Below, one piece after another: positions 25,211-37,859 of a stretch of 64,000 nucleotides of DNA. The position numbers were made by a program, and so were the translations under genes. The stretch lies in assembly GCA_028826165.1 (NCBI GenBank), contig JAPDFW010000033.1:1-64000 (forward strand), given 5' to 3'. Origin of the DNA: Anaeramoeba ignava BMAN (Eukaryota > Protista > Anaeramoebae). The notes beneath the pieces were generated by a model. That model saw only the letters and a program-made list of their open reading frames with translations, was not told where the DNA came from and made no database searches. Position 1 is the first letter of the stretch, and each line of letters opens with the position of its first letter.

Positions 25211-28078
25211 ATGGAACAACAAAATTTAATTGAATTAACTAAAGCAATTCGTTTCCGTTGTTCTTATTATCATTTTTATAAATTTGATAGTTCAATAGAT
25301 TCATTATTATTATTAAGAGAAAATGTTTTAAGAATTGTAAAATTTGGAACAGAAATTATTAAAATTGAGTAAAAGAATTTTTTTTTTAAAACAAAAAAAA
25401 AGCAAAAAAAAAAAAATAACTGATTATTGAAATGAAAAAATTATTCAATATAAAAATATTAGAATGCCTGAAGTTTCCTCAAGAGATATTGTTCATGATA
25501 TCTCTGTTTCTCCTGATAAGAAATATGTTGCTTTTCTTCGCAATGACAAATCTTATGTTGAAATTTTAAATACCGAAAAGAAAACAGTTCTTATTCATTA
25601 TTCACCAAATAATAAAAAAGCAAATTTCGTACTTTTAGCTGTTTGTTGGGTTGATAATAAACGATTGTTTTTTGTTACAACAAGATCATTAGAATATTTC
25701 GAAGTAAATAAACCAAAACCATTTGGAACAATTTTCACATTTAAATTTTAATTGAATTATTTTGTAAAATTAAACAAACAAACACAAAAGTTGACAGGAA
25801 AACCTGAAAAAATTAAACAAATTAAAAGCCTTAATTTCTCTTTTATTCATTCTTATTGCTTCTCGGTAAAAAACAAAACCTCTTTCTTTTATTCCAAACG
25901 AATAAAAACCTTTTTGTTTTAGATATATCTATTTATATAAAAAAAAACCAATTATTTATAAATTGAACAGATTACACAAAAATTGCTTTTTTTGTTGACT
26001 GGTTCAAATGCAACAAAAGTGCAAGGGTTTACATTAGAGAAATCAAGAATATTGAAAATGCCCGAAATCACACTTGAAGCATTTACATCTGAACAGAATT
26101 CATATTCATATCATTTTTCGTTCAAAGGCAAAAAAAACCGAAACGTAATTCGGGCGAATTTTTTGCATTTGACAAAAAACACGCAAATAATCCGTATATA
26201 TGACAACAACTATTTTGTGAGAATCTTGCAGAGCCAGGCATCAAGTCGGTTATTCTTATACAGCTACAACAACAAAAAGCAAATATACAAATATATTGTT
26301 GATCTTGACAATTTGGGTCTTGATTCGGGGTTTAGTGTGGTTGATAATCTTTTGCTTGTTCATAATACGCCCAAAAGAGAGACCGTTATTTACGATATTC
26401 GGGCTCTCGATGAAAGCAGAACAATCATTGGAAACCCCACTAGAATCAAGTACTTTATTCCCAACGAGGAAGAAATACTCGAAGTTGAAAGTTGGGATGA
26501 ATACAATACTTGTAATGCAAATCAATTGAATTCAAATCAAAAACTTCCTTTTGAATTCGATGAGGAAATCAATGCTCGTCCTAAAAAGGAAGTCAAGCTT
26601 TATAAAAGAGAATGGGTTTATTTGGCTCCTAATTTTGTCTTGGATTTGATTGAAGGTTATTTGTTTAATCTGGAAATTAACTTACCAGTTATTTCCTTTG
26701 AAATTAATCATTCTTTAGATCGTTTTGAGTTTCTTTTGAGACGTTCTAATAAGGAATGTTTGCTACAAACTTTTAGAGATATTATATTAGAAGAGGCAAC
26801 TTTATCTTTGATTGCATATTTGTTTGATATTTTGAATCAGATTTATATTTCATACCAAAAGGAAAAAGGATCTATTAAAGAAAATAAGAAAAATCAAAAT
26901 CTAAATCAAAATCAAGAAAATTTAAATCAAAATTTAAATCAAAATCAAAATCAAGAAAATCAAAATCTAAACCAAAATGAAAATCAAAATGAAAATCAAA
27001 ATCAAAATCAAAATCAAAATCAAAATCAAAATGAAAATCAAAATCTAAATCAAAATGAAAATCAAAATGAAAATCAAAATGAAAATTTAAATCAAAATCA
27101 AAATGAAAATCAAAATCAAAATCTAAATCAAAATCAAAATGAAAATTTAAATCAAAATGAAAATGAAAATCAAAATGAAAATCAAAATCAAAATGAAAAT
27201 CAAAATGAAGAAAAAATAATTCAAATATTGATTTGGAAAAAAATAATTCAAATATTGATTTGGAAGAAAATAACTCAAATATTGATTTGGAAAAAAATAA
27301 TTCAAATCCGTTTATAAATGAATCGTTTAATTACCAACAAGTATTTTTAAATCATCAATCAAAATTAAAATCAAAAGAAATGCCAAAAAATCCAAGTTTT
27401 TTTGGATTTGAAGCATTACAAACACTAGCAAATGTTGAACTATCCTTTAAGAAGATAAACAAAGTAAACGAGCCATTAAAAACAGAGAAAAACACAGAAG
27501 GACATATTGTAGTAAATCAAAACGATCTATTTGAAAATGTTTTTCTTCCACTTCAAAAAAAAGGACTTGTTTCTGATCAATTTTTAACAGCGGTTTTGAT
27601 TGAATATATTCGGAGTTTGAATTTTTTCCACATAAATGTTGAACAAAACATATACGATCTGATTATACAGACGCTACTTGGAAGCAACAGGTTTTCTCAA
27701 TTATATCAATTTATTCAATATCATGTTTTTGAAGATTCGGAACAAATGGGATATAAATTAGGGAACGTTTTTCAAACTTATCCCCCAATCCTATATTTGG
27801 CTCTAGACATGCTCCACAGACTAGATAATGCCCAAGGCATCTTGTACATTCTCATCTCAAACGGCTTTATTATGGAATCTTTAAGGTTTATCCAAAATAT
27901 TCAATTCAAAGACAAAATCGAAGTTTCAATGATTCGTTCAATTTTGATGAAAGCGTTTGAATTGAAGGATATGCTTCAGTTCTATCATGCCTTTAAATTC
28001 TTTGAGGATAGAATCCGTGAAAACAAAATGTCTGACTTGATTAGTATTTTTGAGAATGAATTTCAAACAAGAAAATGA
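25211..28078 (+). CDS. RMC1: Regulator of MON1-CCZ1 complex (RMC1/Mic1/C18orf8)
   Basis: FSVVDNLLLVHN...VIYDI and the C-terminal Mic1 domain AVLIEYIRSL...LYQFIQYHVFEDS...YPPILYLALDMLHRL. Introns 25369-25462, 25704-25790 and 25866-25970. Frameshift near 27210 after an (NQ/NE)n tract. Confidence 0.85.
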
Positions 28079-28172
28079 TTTAATTTAAAAAAAATTTTAA
28101 TTTAAAAAATCAATAAAAAAAAATTTTTATTTGATAAAAAATTTTTTTCATTTTTCATTTTTCTAAATTAAA

Positions 28173-30241
28173 ATGTCTTCAAAAAAAAATAGAAAACATA
28201 AAAAAAGAAAGGATTTAGAGAATTTATCAGAAGAAAAATTTGATAAAAAGTTTAAAGAAAAAAAGAATAAAAAAAATGAAAATAAAAATGAAAATGAACA
28301 AAATCAAGAAGAACTAGATCAAAATTATACAGAAAATATATTTGAAAAAATTAACAAAGAAACATCTCAAAACGAGAATACCAATAAAAATCAAACAATA
28401 AGACTTCCATTATGGATTAGAAAAGGAAAGAGTATCACAACAAATCTACAAGAAATTGATGAAACGAAATCAAAAGAAGTATTTTTTGGGGTTTCACCGA
28501 TAATTCAAGAAACACTTCGAGAAGATTTTGGAATTACAACGTTATTTCCAACCCAATATGAAGTGATACCTTCAATTATGGAAACAATTAAAAATTCTCA
28601 TTTTCTTCTTTCATCAAATGATATTTGTGTTCAAGCTCCAACAGGAAGTGGGAAAACTTTAGCTTATGTTATCCCAATAATTCAAGTATTATTCTTACTT
28701 ATTATTTGGATTTGACAAAGAAATTTTTTTTGACATTTTTTTTCTTCTTATTTAAGTCTTTGTTGAATAGAGTCATTGTTCGTCTTCGTGCTGTTGTTTT
28801 GTTACCTACTAGGCAGTTAGTTCTTCAAGTTAGAAATGTTTTTGAAAAGTTTTGTTCTCGTTGTTCTTTGAAAGTTGTTTCATCTGTTGGTGAATCTTCT
28901 CTTACTCAGAGTGCAAGAATGTTAATTCAAAATAATGGTTTGTTTTTTGGATTTTCAATTGAAATTAAAATTAAAATTTAATTAAAATTAAAATTAAATT
29001 TAAAATTTGAAATTAAAATTAAAATTTAAATTGAAATTAAAATTAAAATTTAAATTGAAATTAAAATTAAAATTAAAATTTATTTTAAAATTAAAATTTA
29101 TTTTAAAATTAAAATTTATTAAATTTAAAATTAAAATTGATTTATTTTAAAATTAAAATTAAATTTATTTTAATTAAAATTAAATTGATTTATTTTAATT
29201 TTAGAAAGTAATAACGAAAAAGAAAACCAATTTGCAAACACTTCTAGCAAAGTAGATATTTTAATTTGCACACCTGGAAGATTAATGGAACTTCTACAAA
29301 ATATTCCCGAATTTTCATTAGAAGATCTGCGATTTCTTGTAATAGATGAAGCAGATCGATTATTAACTCAATCTTATTCAGATTGGTTATATAGAATCAA
29401 CACAATAATCAAATCATCACAAAAAACAACATCAAAAACAAGAACAGATCTTATATCTGTAAAGAAAATGATCTTTACAGCAACATTAACAAAAAATCCT
29501 GAGAAAATGTCTTCTTTATTACTTCATAATCCACTTTATTTTTTTGCATCATCAAATCTTCGCTTCAAAATACCATCTAGTTTGCAACAATACTACATCA
29601 TCTGCCAAGAAGAACAAAAACCCTTGTATTTATACGCATTACTGGAAAGATTATCAATCCAAAACAAAGAACAGACTCTGTGCTTTACAGGGTCAGTTGA
29701 AGCAACACACAGATTGTTTTATTTGGTGAAATTGATGAGCAAAGAAAAATTCAAAGTTCAAGAGTATTCAAGCTCACTCAACTCAAAAAAACGGGAAGAA
29801 ATCCTCAAAAAATTCCATCGCGGAGAAATCAATGTTCTTGTTTCTTCTGACATAATGGCAAGAGGTATGGATATTGTTGGAATACAAAATGTCATCAACT
29901 ATAATGCTCCCACTTTTGTTCAGAATTACATCCATCGAATCGGAAGAACAGCTCGTGCTGGTCGTATTGGCAAAACTTATACGCTTGTCACTCAAGATAC
30001 AAAGTCTTATTTTCTCAGAATGATCAAAAGAAAAATTGTTCATGAATCTCCAATCCTAAAAGAAAATATTAATCAAAATGTCATTTCAGAACTTGAAGTG
30101 GATTATGAAAATAATTTGAAAAAACTTAAAATTATGATCGATCAAGAAAATATTGCAACTTCTAATTTCTCTTGTGTTAATAATCAAGATATTCTCAAAG
30201 AAACAATTCGAAAACAATTAACAAAAACAATTTTCAATTAA
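28173..30241 (+). CDS. DDX51: DEAD-box RNA helicase DDX51/Dbp6-like
   Basis: LFPTQ, DICVQAPTGSGKT, LRAVVLLPTRQL, TPGRL, DEADRLL, TATL, ARGMD and HRIGRTARAG. Introns 28686-28756 and 28938-29204. Confidence 0.85.
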
Positions 30242-30295
30242 ATTTTTCTTTCTTTTTTTTTTGATAGAAAATATAAAAAATTTAAATTTAAATTT

Positions 30296-32777
30296 TTATT
30301 TAAAATATTGAGATTCAAGTTCAAATTGTTCTTGAATTGATAAATTTTGGATAATTTGCACTTGAGTTTCATTATTCTGTTTTTCTTTTTCAAAAAGAAG
30401 AATCTTTTTCCATTTTTGTAATAATTGATTTCTTTCTTGAATTTTTGAGAATGAATGGAGAGTGCAAATCAATAAATGTAAAGATTTTTTCTGATTTGAA
30501 AGAGAGTGCAATTTTTCGAATCCAGAAAAAGAAGAACGAAGAAGATCCAAAAGAGATTCTTTTAAAAGAGGATCAAGTTGTATTTTTTTGGAATAAATAG
30601 TAAGAATAATTTTTGCTTTTAAGAATTGAGCATGAGATTTTGTGAGCAAAGAAACAGAGTTCAAAATCAGAGGCCAATTTGATTCCAATATTTGGAATGC
30701 TTGTTTGGGGTCATCGAGCTGGAACAGACAGAGGGATAATTGGAGGAGTATTTGGGGTTTTAAAGCGTAAAATTTGAATTTTTCGCACAAACTGTGTGCT
30801 TTCAAAATGTAGAGTAAAGCAATGAATTTGGATGATGAAGAATAAATTCTTGAAAGAGTGCAGTAATATTCAATCAAGTTAAAATGGAAATGTTTTGGGC
30901 AATTCTTGACTAATTGTAATACAAGTTGATGAGCTTGTGGGAGATTTTCCTGATGAAGTAAAACTTGGGAATAAAGATGAAGCGCATCCAGAAAGACAAC
31001 AAATCCATGTTTTGCATAGCTCCCATCAGCTTCTGTATAAAATCCCTTTGAAAGAGACAATAATTTTTGAGCTGTTAAATCAGCTGAGATGAGATCTTCG
31101 CGATATAAGTAATATTCAAACAATATTTTTCCGAGAATCAATGTGAATAGTTTGCTTGATTGCGGTTTCATTTTTTCTGGATTGATTAATTTTTTGAGAC
31201 GAGAAATTGTTTTCGCCACTTCATGGAAAAGTCCTTGACGAATCCGAAGCATTGCAATTTGTGCGAAACTTAGGAGCAGGTTTTCCTGGTAGAACATTGA
31301 TTTGATGTTTAATTTTGAGTTTATGTTTTGGATTGGATTTTCTTTATCGGAATTTTCATTGAAAAAATCCAAATCTTTAGTGAAATTTTCTTCTTCATCT
31401 GAAAATGCATTTTGAATAAGAATTTGAATTGATGATTCAATTGCACTTAAATAAAGAGAAACGTTTCCTGAATAAAGCCATGAAATTGCTTCAATTAAAT
31501 TTGCGTTTGTTTTCATTAAAAGAGGATCAGAGCTTTCTGCCGAAATTTTCCTTTGTACGAGGGATTGTGGGATATTAAAGGCGATGAAAAAGTTTTGCAA
31601 ATTTCTCCACAATTTGATTGCTGGCGTATTTTTGTTTTTGCTTTTTTCATTGATTGCGGATGGGCTTTCGAAAAAAGCGAATTCCGATAAAGAAAGATGC
31701 CCAATTTGCCGAACTGAATCCATATTTTGCTCTTTTGAGCTTTCTATACATTTTTGCAATGTTCTTTTTGCTAGTTTTGTATTACCCAGCTCCATAAAAA
31801 GATATGAGAACCATTTTAAACTATGAACCAAACATTCTTGGTCATTTTGCTGTTGAGAAATTTTAATTGTTTCTTGAAGAGCCTTGAAAAGTGAAAAAAT
31901 ATATAAATATATATATATATATATTTATTTATTTTTGGAAGATTTTAATAATGATGTTTAATAAAGATACCAATTTTGCTTCCTCTAAATTTCCAAATTC
32001 AATATGCATTCTGGCTAAATTCAAAGCGGTAAATGGAAGCATGTTTTTGAATTTATCGTTTCCAGAATCATTTTGCATAAAGGTATCGAAATATTTGTGT
32101 AAATTATACAAACTTTCATCGATATTTCTATTTTCAATGCATTTATGAAAATTAACAAAATATTGATCTGATTGATTTTCTTGACGAGTTTGTTTAGAGT
32201 TTTCTTCATAATTTTCTTCATCCTGATTTGATTTTAAATTGCTATTTTTTGAGATTTTGATTTGACTTGAAAATATTGGCTTTTTTTTCTTTTTTTCAAC
32301 ATATTTTTTGCTCCATAAATGAACTTTTTCTAATGTTCTTGAAACACCTTCAAACAAACCAACTTCAAACGAAATTAAACATTTTCTAATAAACAAACCA
32401 AGTAGTGATTGAGATTCAATATTTTTTGCAATCAATTCTTTTATTGAATCAAAAAAAGTAATCAAATCATCTGGACATTTGAAATTGTTTAGTTGATTAA
32501 GAATTAAAGCTTCAAAACCAACTGAATAAGTATTTGCTAAATTAATCTCAAAATTGAATTCATTTTCATTATCGTTATTTGCAAAAGGCTTTTGGTTAGA
32601 AAATGAAAAGTCTAAATTTTGAAGCAAATTTTCAAATTCTTTTTGATGATCTTTTTCATCAATTGAATCAAAGGATTCTGTTCGATTTAAAATGAAAGAA
32701 ATTAATTGATTTTCATTTGTAAAAGAATGTTTTATTAAAATTAAAAGTGATAAAGTATAAGGAGAAATTGAATTCAT
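30296..32777 (-). CDS. ANAPC5: Anaphase-promoting complex subunit 5
   Basis: SLLGLFIRKC and ALNLARMHIEFG...ALQETIKISQQQNDQECLVHSLKW (APC5 signature) across intron 31970-31883. Confidence 0.85.
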
Positions 32778-32838
32778 TTATAAAAAAAGAAAAAATGAAA
32801 AAATGAAAAAAATGAAAAATTTTATTTTAATTTATTTA

Positions 32839-33689
32839 TTAATTAATTTTTGCTAATTTAAAGAAATATTTTAAATAACGAATTTGGAAAACTGCCAAAC
32901 TTAAAAGAGTAAAAATTGTTAATAAACTAAACCATAAAACTCTTGAATTTGTTGATTCTAAAAATAAAAATAAAAATAAATTTTTAATTTAAGATTTTAA
33001 TTTAAGATTTAAATCTAAACCAAACCATTTGTGTTTCTCATTGTTTCTTCTCTATATTTCATATAAACCATTGATTGAGAAATTTCTGCTAAAAGATGAT
33101 CAATTTTAATCATTTCTTTTTCAACTAAAGAAAAAGTTTCTAAATTTAAATCTTTTTCAGAAATTTGAGTTGAATGTGAATAAGAATAAATAAAATTTAT
33201 TGTTATTAAAGCAGATTCTATTTTTTTTTTACATTTAATTTTTTTTTAACAATTAATTCCTATTGTTTTTGAAATGTAATTCTTTTTTTTTTAATTTAGT
33301 TTTCTAATTACCAGTATGATGATATGTATGACCTTTTGAATTTAAAAACAAAAGGAATATTTTCCTGAAATTTCAGAATAAAAAGAAAATTTTCCTAAAT
33401 CTGTTCTCCTTTTTTGGAACATAATTTCATTTCGAGGATCATAAACCTTAAAAATATATAATAAAAAATATAAAAATATAAAAATTATAAATTATAAAAA
33501 TGTTGTAAAAGAATATACAATAAAATCAAATGCAAAAAAACCAGATTTTCTTTCAAATGAACCTTTTACAAGAGATTTTGGATCAAGTTCTTCATAAAAA
33601 CATTTTGTTGTTGTATCACCAAAATTAAATTTTAAAGAATTTACAAAAAGAAAAATAAGGAATAATAAACAAAAAAAGTTAATTTTCAT
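32839..33689 (-). CDS. p24/emp24/GOLD-domain cargo receptor
   Basis: Signal peptide, KCFYEEL, VYDPRNE, GKFSF, GKYSFCF, REETMRNTNESTNSRVLWFS, TM, QIRYLKYFF. Four exons and one homopolymer indel near 33345. Confidence 0.88.
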
Positions 33690-33815
33690 ATTTAAAAAAA
33701 AAAATGAAAAAAAAATGAAAAAAAAAAATGAATAATTTTTTGAATTAAATGAATAATTGCTTTTTTTTTTAATTTTTTTAATTTTTTTTTTCATTTTTTT
33801 TTTGCTTAATCCTTT

Positions 33816-36125
33816 ATGTCAAATAAAGAAAAGAAAAAAAATAAAGAAGAAATAATAACATTATCAGGAAATGTTGTAGAAGAAGTACTTAAAGCGAATA
33901 TGAATATAACACTTAAAAACCAAGCGCTTTTTGATATTCTACAACAAACAGAAAAGAAAACGCCAACAAATGACTTTCTCATTAAGGAAGCAATTTATTC
34001 AGGCAAAACAATGAAGAAAAAAGTTCATTTTGAATGCACTTATGAAATTGAAGTGCTTGCCAAAGAAAAATGGGTTTCTTGTGCGCTTCAATTGGCAAAT
34101 GTTCAGCTAGAAGACGTGCAAATTGAAGAACACGAAGAGAAAAATGATTTGCAAAGTTATATTGGAATACAAGGAAATTATTATTGTTTGATCACGAATC
34201 GAGCCGGAAAACATGTTGTGAAAATGAAGTTCTACACAAAGTATCGGACAGAAAAAAAAAACGCAGTTGGAATATGGATTCCAAATGGATTTGTGAACAA
34301 AGTGAAATTTTGTGTTGTGAATAAAGATGTGCAAATCAATGTCATTTCGGGATTTGATTGTTTGATCAGCCGGAAAAATGAAAACACGATTTTGACGTGT
34401 AAATTAGGGAGTGTTGGGGAGCTCAGCGTTTCGTGGACGGAGAAAGACGAGGAAGCGCTGCGGAAACAGAAAGAGGAGCAAGAGAGGGCTGCGAAGGACA
34501 AGCTGAAACCGAAACAAAAATTGATTGTCAATTGTGAGCAATTTAATTTCCATTCAATTGGAGAAGGATATGTTCAAAGTGACTGCACTTTTCGGTATCA
34601 AATTCTACACGGAACGAAGTCGCGATTTGACATCTTGGTTCCGTACAATGTGAAGGTATTGAATGTGGAAGGCCGATCGCTGAAGAAATGGAAGATAATT
34701 GAGCGAAAAATACGGAAAATGGACGAGACGCAAGAGAATGTGGTTCTTGACATGAAGAAGGACGAGGACGACAGCGACACAGAGACAGACACAGTAACAA
34801 CGACGACATCGACTGTCTCGCACACACCTAGCGCGGAATCTGCGATGAAAAAGATACGGGTTTGGCTTGAAATGGGGGTTGAAAACGATTACGAACTGAA
34901 TTTCGAGACGGAACTTGAGATGAAATCAACAAGTGCGGAAGTTGCAATCCCTGTTTTCAAGAACTACAAGATCGACAGGGACAAAGGCTGGGTCGGAATT
35001 GCAGGGCGGACCAATGTTGAGATCAACGAGGGTGCGCTAGGCAGCCTTGCGAAAATTGATGTCAAAGAATTGCCTTATGAAGTGACAAGTAAATCAACCG
35101 ATGACAAGCTGCTACTGTCATACAAGTTCCTTTTCCCCATTTACACACTGCGGCTCAATGTCGTAAAACACTCTGACATTGACGTTCTTATCGCCACAAT
35201 TGAACATGCACACATGCGTTTGACATATTCAGGATCGTCAATTATGTACAAGTGCATTCTCAATGTCAAAAACACTCAAAAACAATTTCTGCGCATGTTT
35301 GTCAATGACCCAAATTTCGAGCTTTGGTCGACAGTTGTTTCGGGAAGAGCAACAAAGCCGTCAAGAGACAAACAGAACTTTATTCTTGTCCCACTGGAAA
35401 AAAGAAGTGCCAATGACAGCATGTTCAAAGTTGAAGTTGTCTATGTAATCAACACAAAAACAATGAAAGGACGCAACCGTTTGAAGTTGCATTTCCCCAA
35501 ATTTGATCTTCCGATCAACAATTTCGAAGTGTCTTTATATCTTCCAGGAAATTTCCGTTATAGTGAATTTTGGGGGACTTTAAAAGAGGATGAAATGGTG
35601 CCTTTTGAGGTCACATTGAACGAATTTTCAAATGAAGAAACCGAACTGTTTGATGAGCCTTTTGAACAAGTAACGAACTATCCGATGCAAGAAAGACACC
35701 GAGTAAGAACTTCTCGAAGAATGCCACAACAAGTGATGCCGCAGCAACAAATGCTCTCCAATGTTGCGCGAAGACCTCCAAGAATGGTCCAGCAGCAAAT
35801 GCAAGTTTCTTTTGATTCGTTGGATGCTTTTGATTCGTTCGACTTGGGCGGTCTTCCTCCCCCAGATGCAATCTCGATTAAAAATGCTTCAAGCAGAGGT
35901 GTTGACCCCATTATTGTTGGAGACGTTATTGTCGGTTCTCTTTTCCGTTTCCATAAATTATTGATTTCCCCTCAAGATCCTGTTGACCATCTTTCTGTTG
36001 TTTATTCAGAGATCTCAAAAGGTTTTTTTGATAAGCGTAGGACTTCTGTTTTACCCACTTTTTTTGCTCGTTTTTTGATGTTTTTGACTATTATTGGGTT
36101 TTTGATTTTCTTGATCAAATTTTGA
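33816..36125 (+). CDS. Uncharacterised 769-aa beta-rich protein with C-terminal TM anchor
   Basis: Long intronless ORF, GC clearly above the flanks, hydrophobic C-terminus. No family recognised with confidence. Confidence 0.8.
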   Translation: MSNKEKKKNKEEIITLSGNVVEEVLKANMNITLKNQALFDILQQTEKKTPTNDFLIKEAIYSGKTMKKKVHFECTYEIEVLAKEKWVSCALQLANVQLEDVQIEEHEEKNDLQSYIGIQGNYYCLITNRAGKHVVKMKFYTKYRTEKKNAVGIWIPNGFVNKVKFCVVNKDVQINVISGFDCLISRKNENTILTCKLGSVGELSVSWTEKDEEALRKQKEEQERAAKDKLKPKQKLIVNCEQFNFHSIGEGYVQSDCTFRYQILHGTKSRFDILVPYNVKVLNVEGRSLKKWKIIERKIRKMDETQENVVLDMKKDEDDSDTETDTVTTTTSTVSHTPSAESAMKKIRVWLEMGVENDYELNFETELEMKSTSAEVAIPVFKNYKIDRDKGWVGIAGRTNVEINEGALGSLAKIDVKELPYEVTSKSTDDKLLLSYKFLFPIYTLRLNVVKHSDIDVLIATIEHAHMRLTYSGSSIMYKCILNVKNTQKQFLRMFVNDPNFELWSTVVSGRATKPSRDKQNFILVPLEKRSANDSMFKVEVVYVINTKTMKGRNRLKLHFPKFDLPINNFEVSLYLPGNFRYSEFWGTLKEDEMVPFEVTLNEFSNEETELFDEPFEQVTNYPMQERHRVRTSRRMPQQVMPQQQMLSNVARRPPRMVQQQMQVSFDSLDAFDSFDLGGLPPPDAISIKNASSRGVDPIIVGDVIVGSLFRFHKLLISPQDPVDHLSVVYSEISKGFFDKRRTSVLPTFFARFLMFLTIIGFLIFLIKF

Positions 36126-36239
36126 ATTTTTCTTTTTTCTTTTTTCTATTTTCAAAAACGAATAAAACAAAATTCACAAAAGCGAAAAAAAAAAAGAAGA
36201 AGAAGAAATTTATTTTTTTTCATTTTTTTCTTTTCAAAA

Positions 36240-36490
36240 TTTATAAAAAAGATTTATTTATAGAAAAGATTTATTTATAGAAATGATTTATTTATAGAAA
36301 TGATTTATTTATAAAAATAATTTATTTATAGAAATGATTTATAAAAAAGATTTATTTATAAAAAAGATTTATTTATAGAAATGATTTATTTATAAAAAAG
36401 ATTTATTTATAGAAGTAATTTATTTATAGAAATGATTTATTTATAGAAAAGATTTATTTATAGAAAGATTTATTTATAAAAAAGATTGTG
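36240..36490. repeat. ~16-bp tandem repeat (GATTTATTTATAGAAA-like)
   Basis: Directly visible. Confidence 0.85.
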
Positions 36491-36699
36491 TGGTAATTTT
36501 AAATACAATTTAAAAAATAAACTAATTAAAAAAAAATTTTTTTTTCTTTATTTTTTTTAACAGGAATTCTTTTAATTTTTAAATGATAAATTGAAGGAAT
36601 TATTAAAATTTATTTTAAAATTTCTTTATTGAAAAGTAATTTAGCAGTTTTTAATTAAGAGAGAGTTGAGATTGTACTTTTCCTTTTAATCTGAAATGG

Positions 36700-37700
36700 A
36701 AATATTTCTTTTATTTTTTCTTTTATTTTCTTTGATATTAAATACTTCCAAAATGATTATCACATATTGATTTCCTTTTAATCCAGAAATGAAGATATTT
36801 ATTTTATTTTTGATATTAAATATTTCCGAAATGGTGGTCACATTCTGACTTTCCTTTTAATTCAAAAGGATATTTATTTCTTCTTGATATTAAATATTTC
36901 CAAAATGCCTATCGCATGCAGACTTTCCTTTTAATTTAAAAGGATATTTCTTTTATTTTTGATATTAAATATTTCCAAAAATGGTGGTCACATTCTGACT
37001 TTCCTTTTAATTTAAAAGGATATTTATTTCTTCTTGATATTAAATATTTCCAAAATGGGCGTCGCAGAGACTTTTCCTTTTAATCCAGAAATGAAGATAT
37101 TCATTTTATTTTTGATATTAAATATTTCCAAAGTGAGCGTCGCAGAGATTTTCCTTTTAATTCCGAAATAATAATATTTATTTTATTTTTGATATTAAAT
37201 ATTTCCGAAATGGTGGTCACATTCTGACTTTCCTTTTAATTTAAAAGGATATTTATTTTATTTTTGATATTAAATATTTCCAAAGTGAGCGTCTCAGAGA
37301 TTTTCCCTTTTAATCCAGAAATAAAGATATTCATTTTATTTTTGATATTAAATATTTCCGAAAATGGTGGTCACATTCTGACTTTCCTTTTAATTCAAAA
37401 GGATATTTATTTCTTCTTGATATTAAATATTTCCAAAATGGGCGTCGCAGAGACTTTTCCTTTTAATTCAGAAATGAAGATATTCATTTTATTTTTGATA
37501 TTAAATATTTCCAAAGTGAGCGTCTCAGAGATTTTCCCTTTTAATTCCGAAATAATAATATTTATTTTATTTTTGATATTAAATATTTCCGAAATGGTGG
37601 TCACATTCTGACTTTCCTTTTAATTCAAAAGGATATTTATTTTTGATATTAAATATTTCCAAAATGGGCGTCGCAGAGACTTTTCCTTTTAATCCAGAAT
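36700..37700. repeat. ~75-78-bp minisatellite array, 13 units, three main variants
   Basis: Core GATATTAAATATTTCC (one mismatch in the first copy) at 36734, 36812, 36886, 36961, 37036, 37114, 37191, 37266, 37344, 37419, 37497, 37575 and 37645. Confidence 0.92.
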
Positions 37701-37859
37701 TAATAGAAATATTTTTTTTTTCAAATAATATAAATAAAGAAAATTGAAAAAAATCAAAAATTTATTTCTTTTCTTATTCAAAAATCAAAATCAAAACAAA
37801 TTACAATTTCATTCTTGTTTTCCTTTATTAAAATTAAATAAAAGTATAATTTAATTCTT

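Noticed and set aside
29205-29207. AG|AAA|GTAATA pattern at a DDX51 acceptor
   Set aside because: The frame runs on to VDILICTPGRL as a normal exon. This shows the motif can arise by chance, so the microexon case rests on count and register matching.
36700-37700. CRISPR-like repeat/spacer appearance
   Set aside because: The spacers are recurring homologous variants, there are no cas genes, and the context is eukaryotic.
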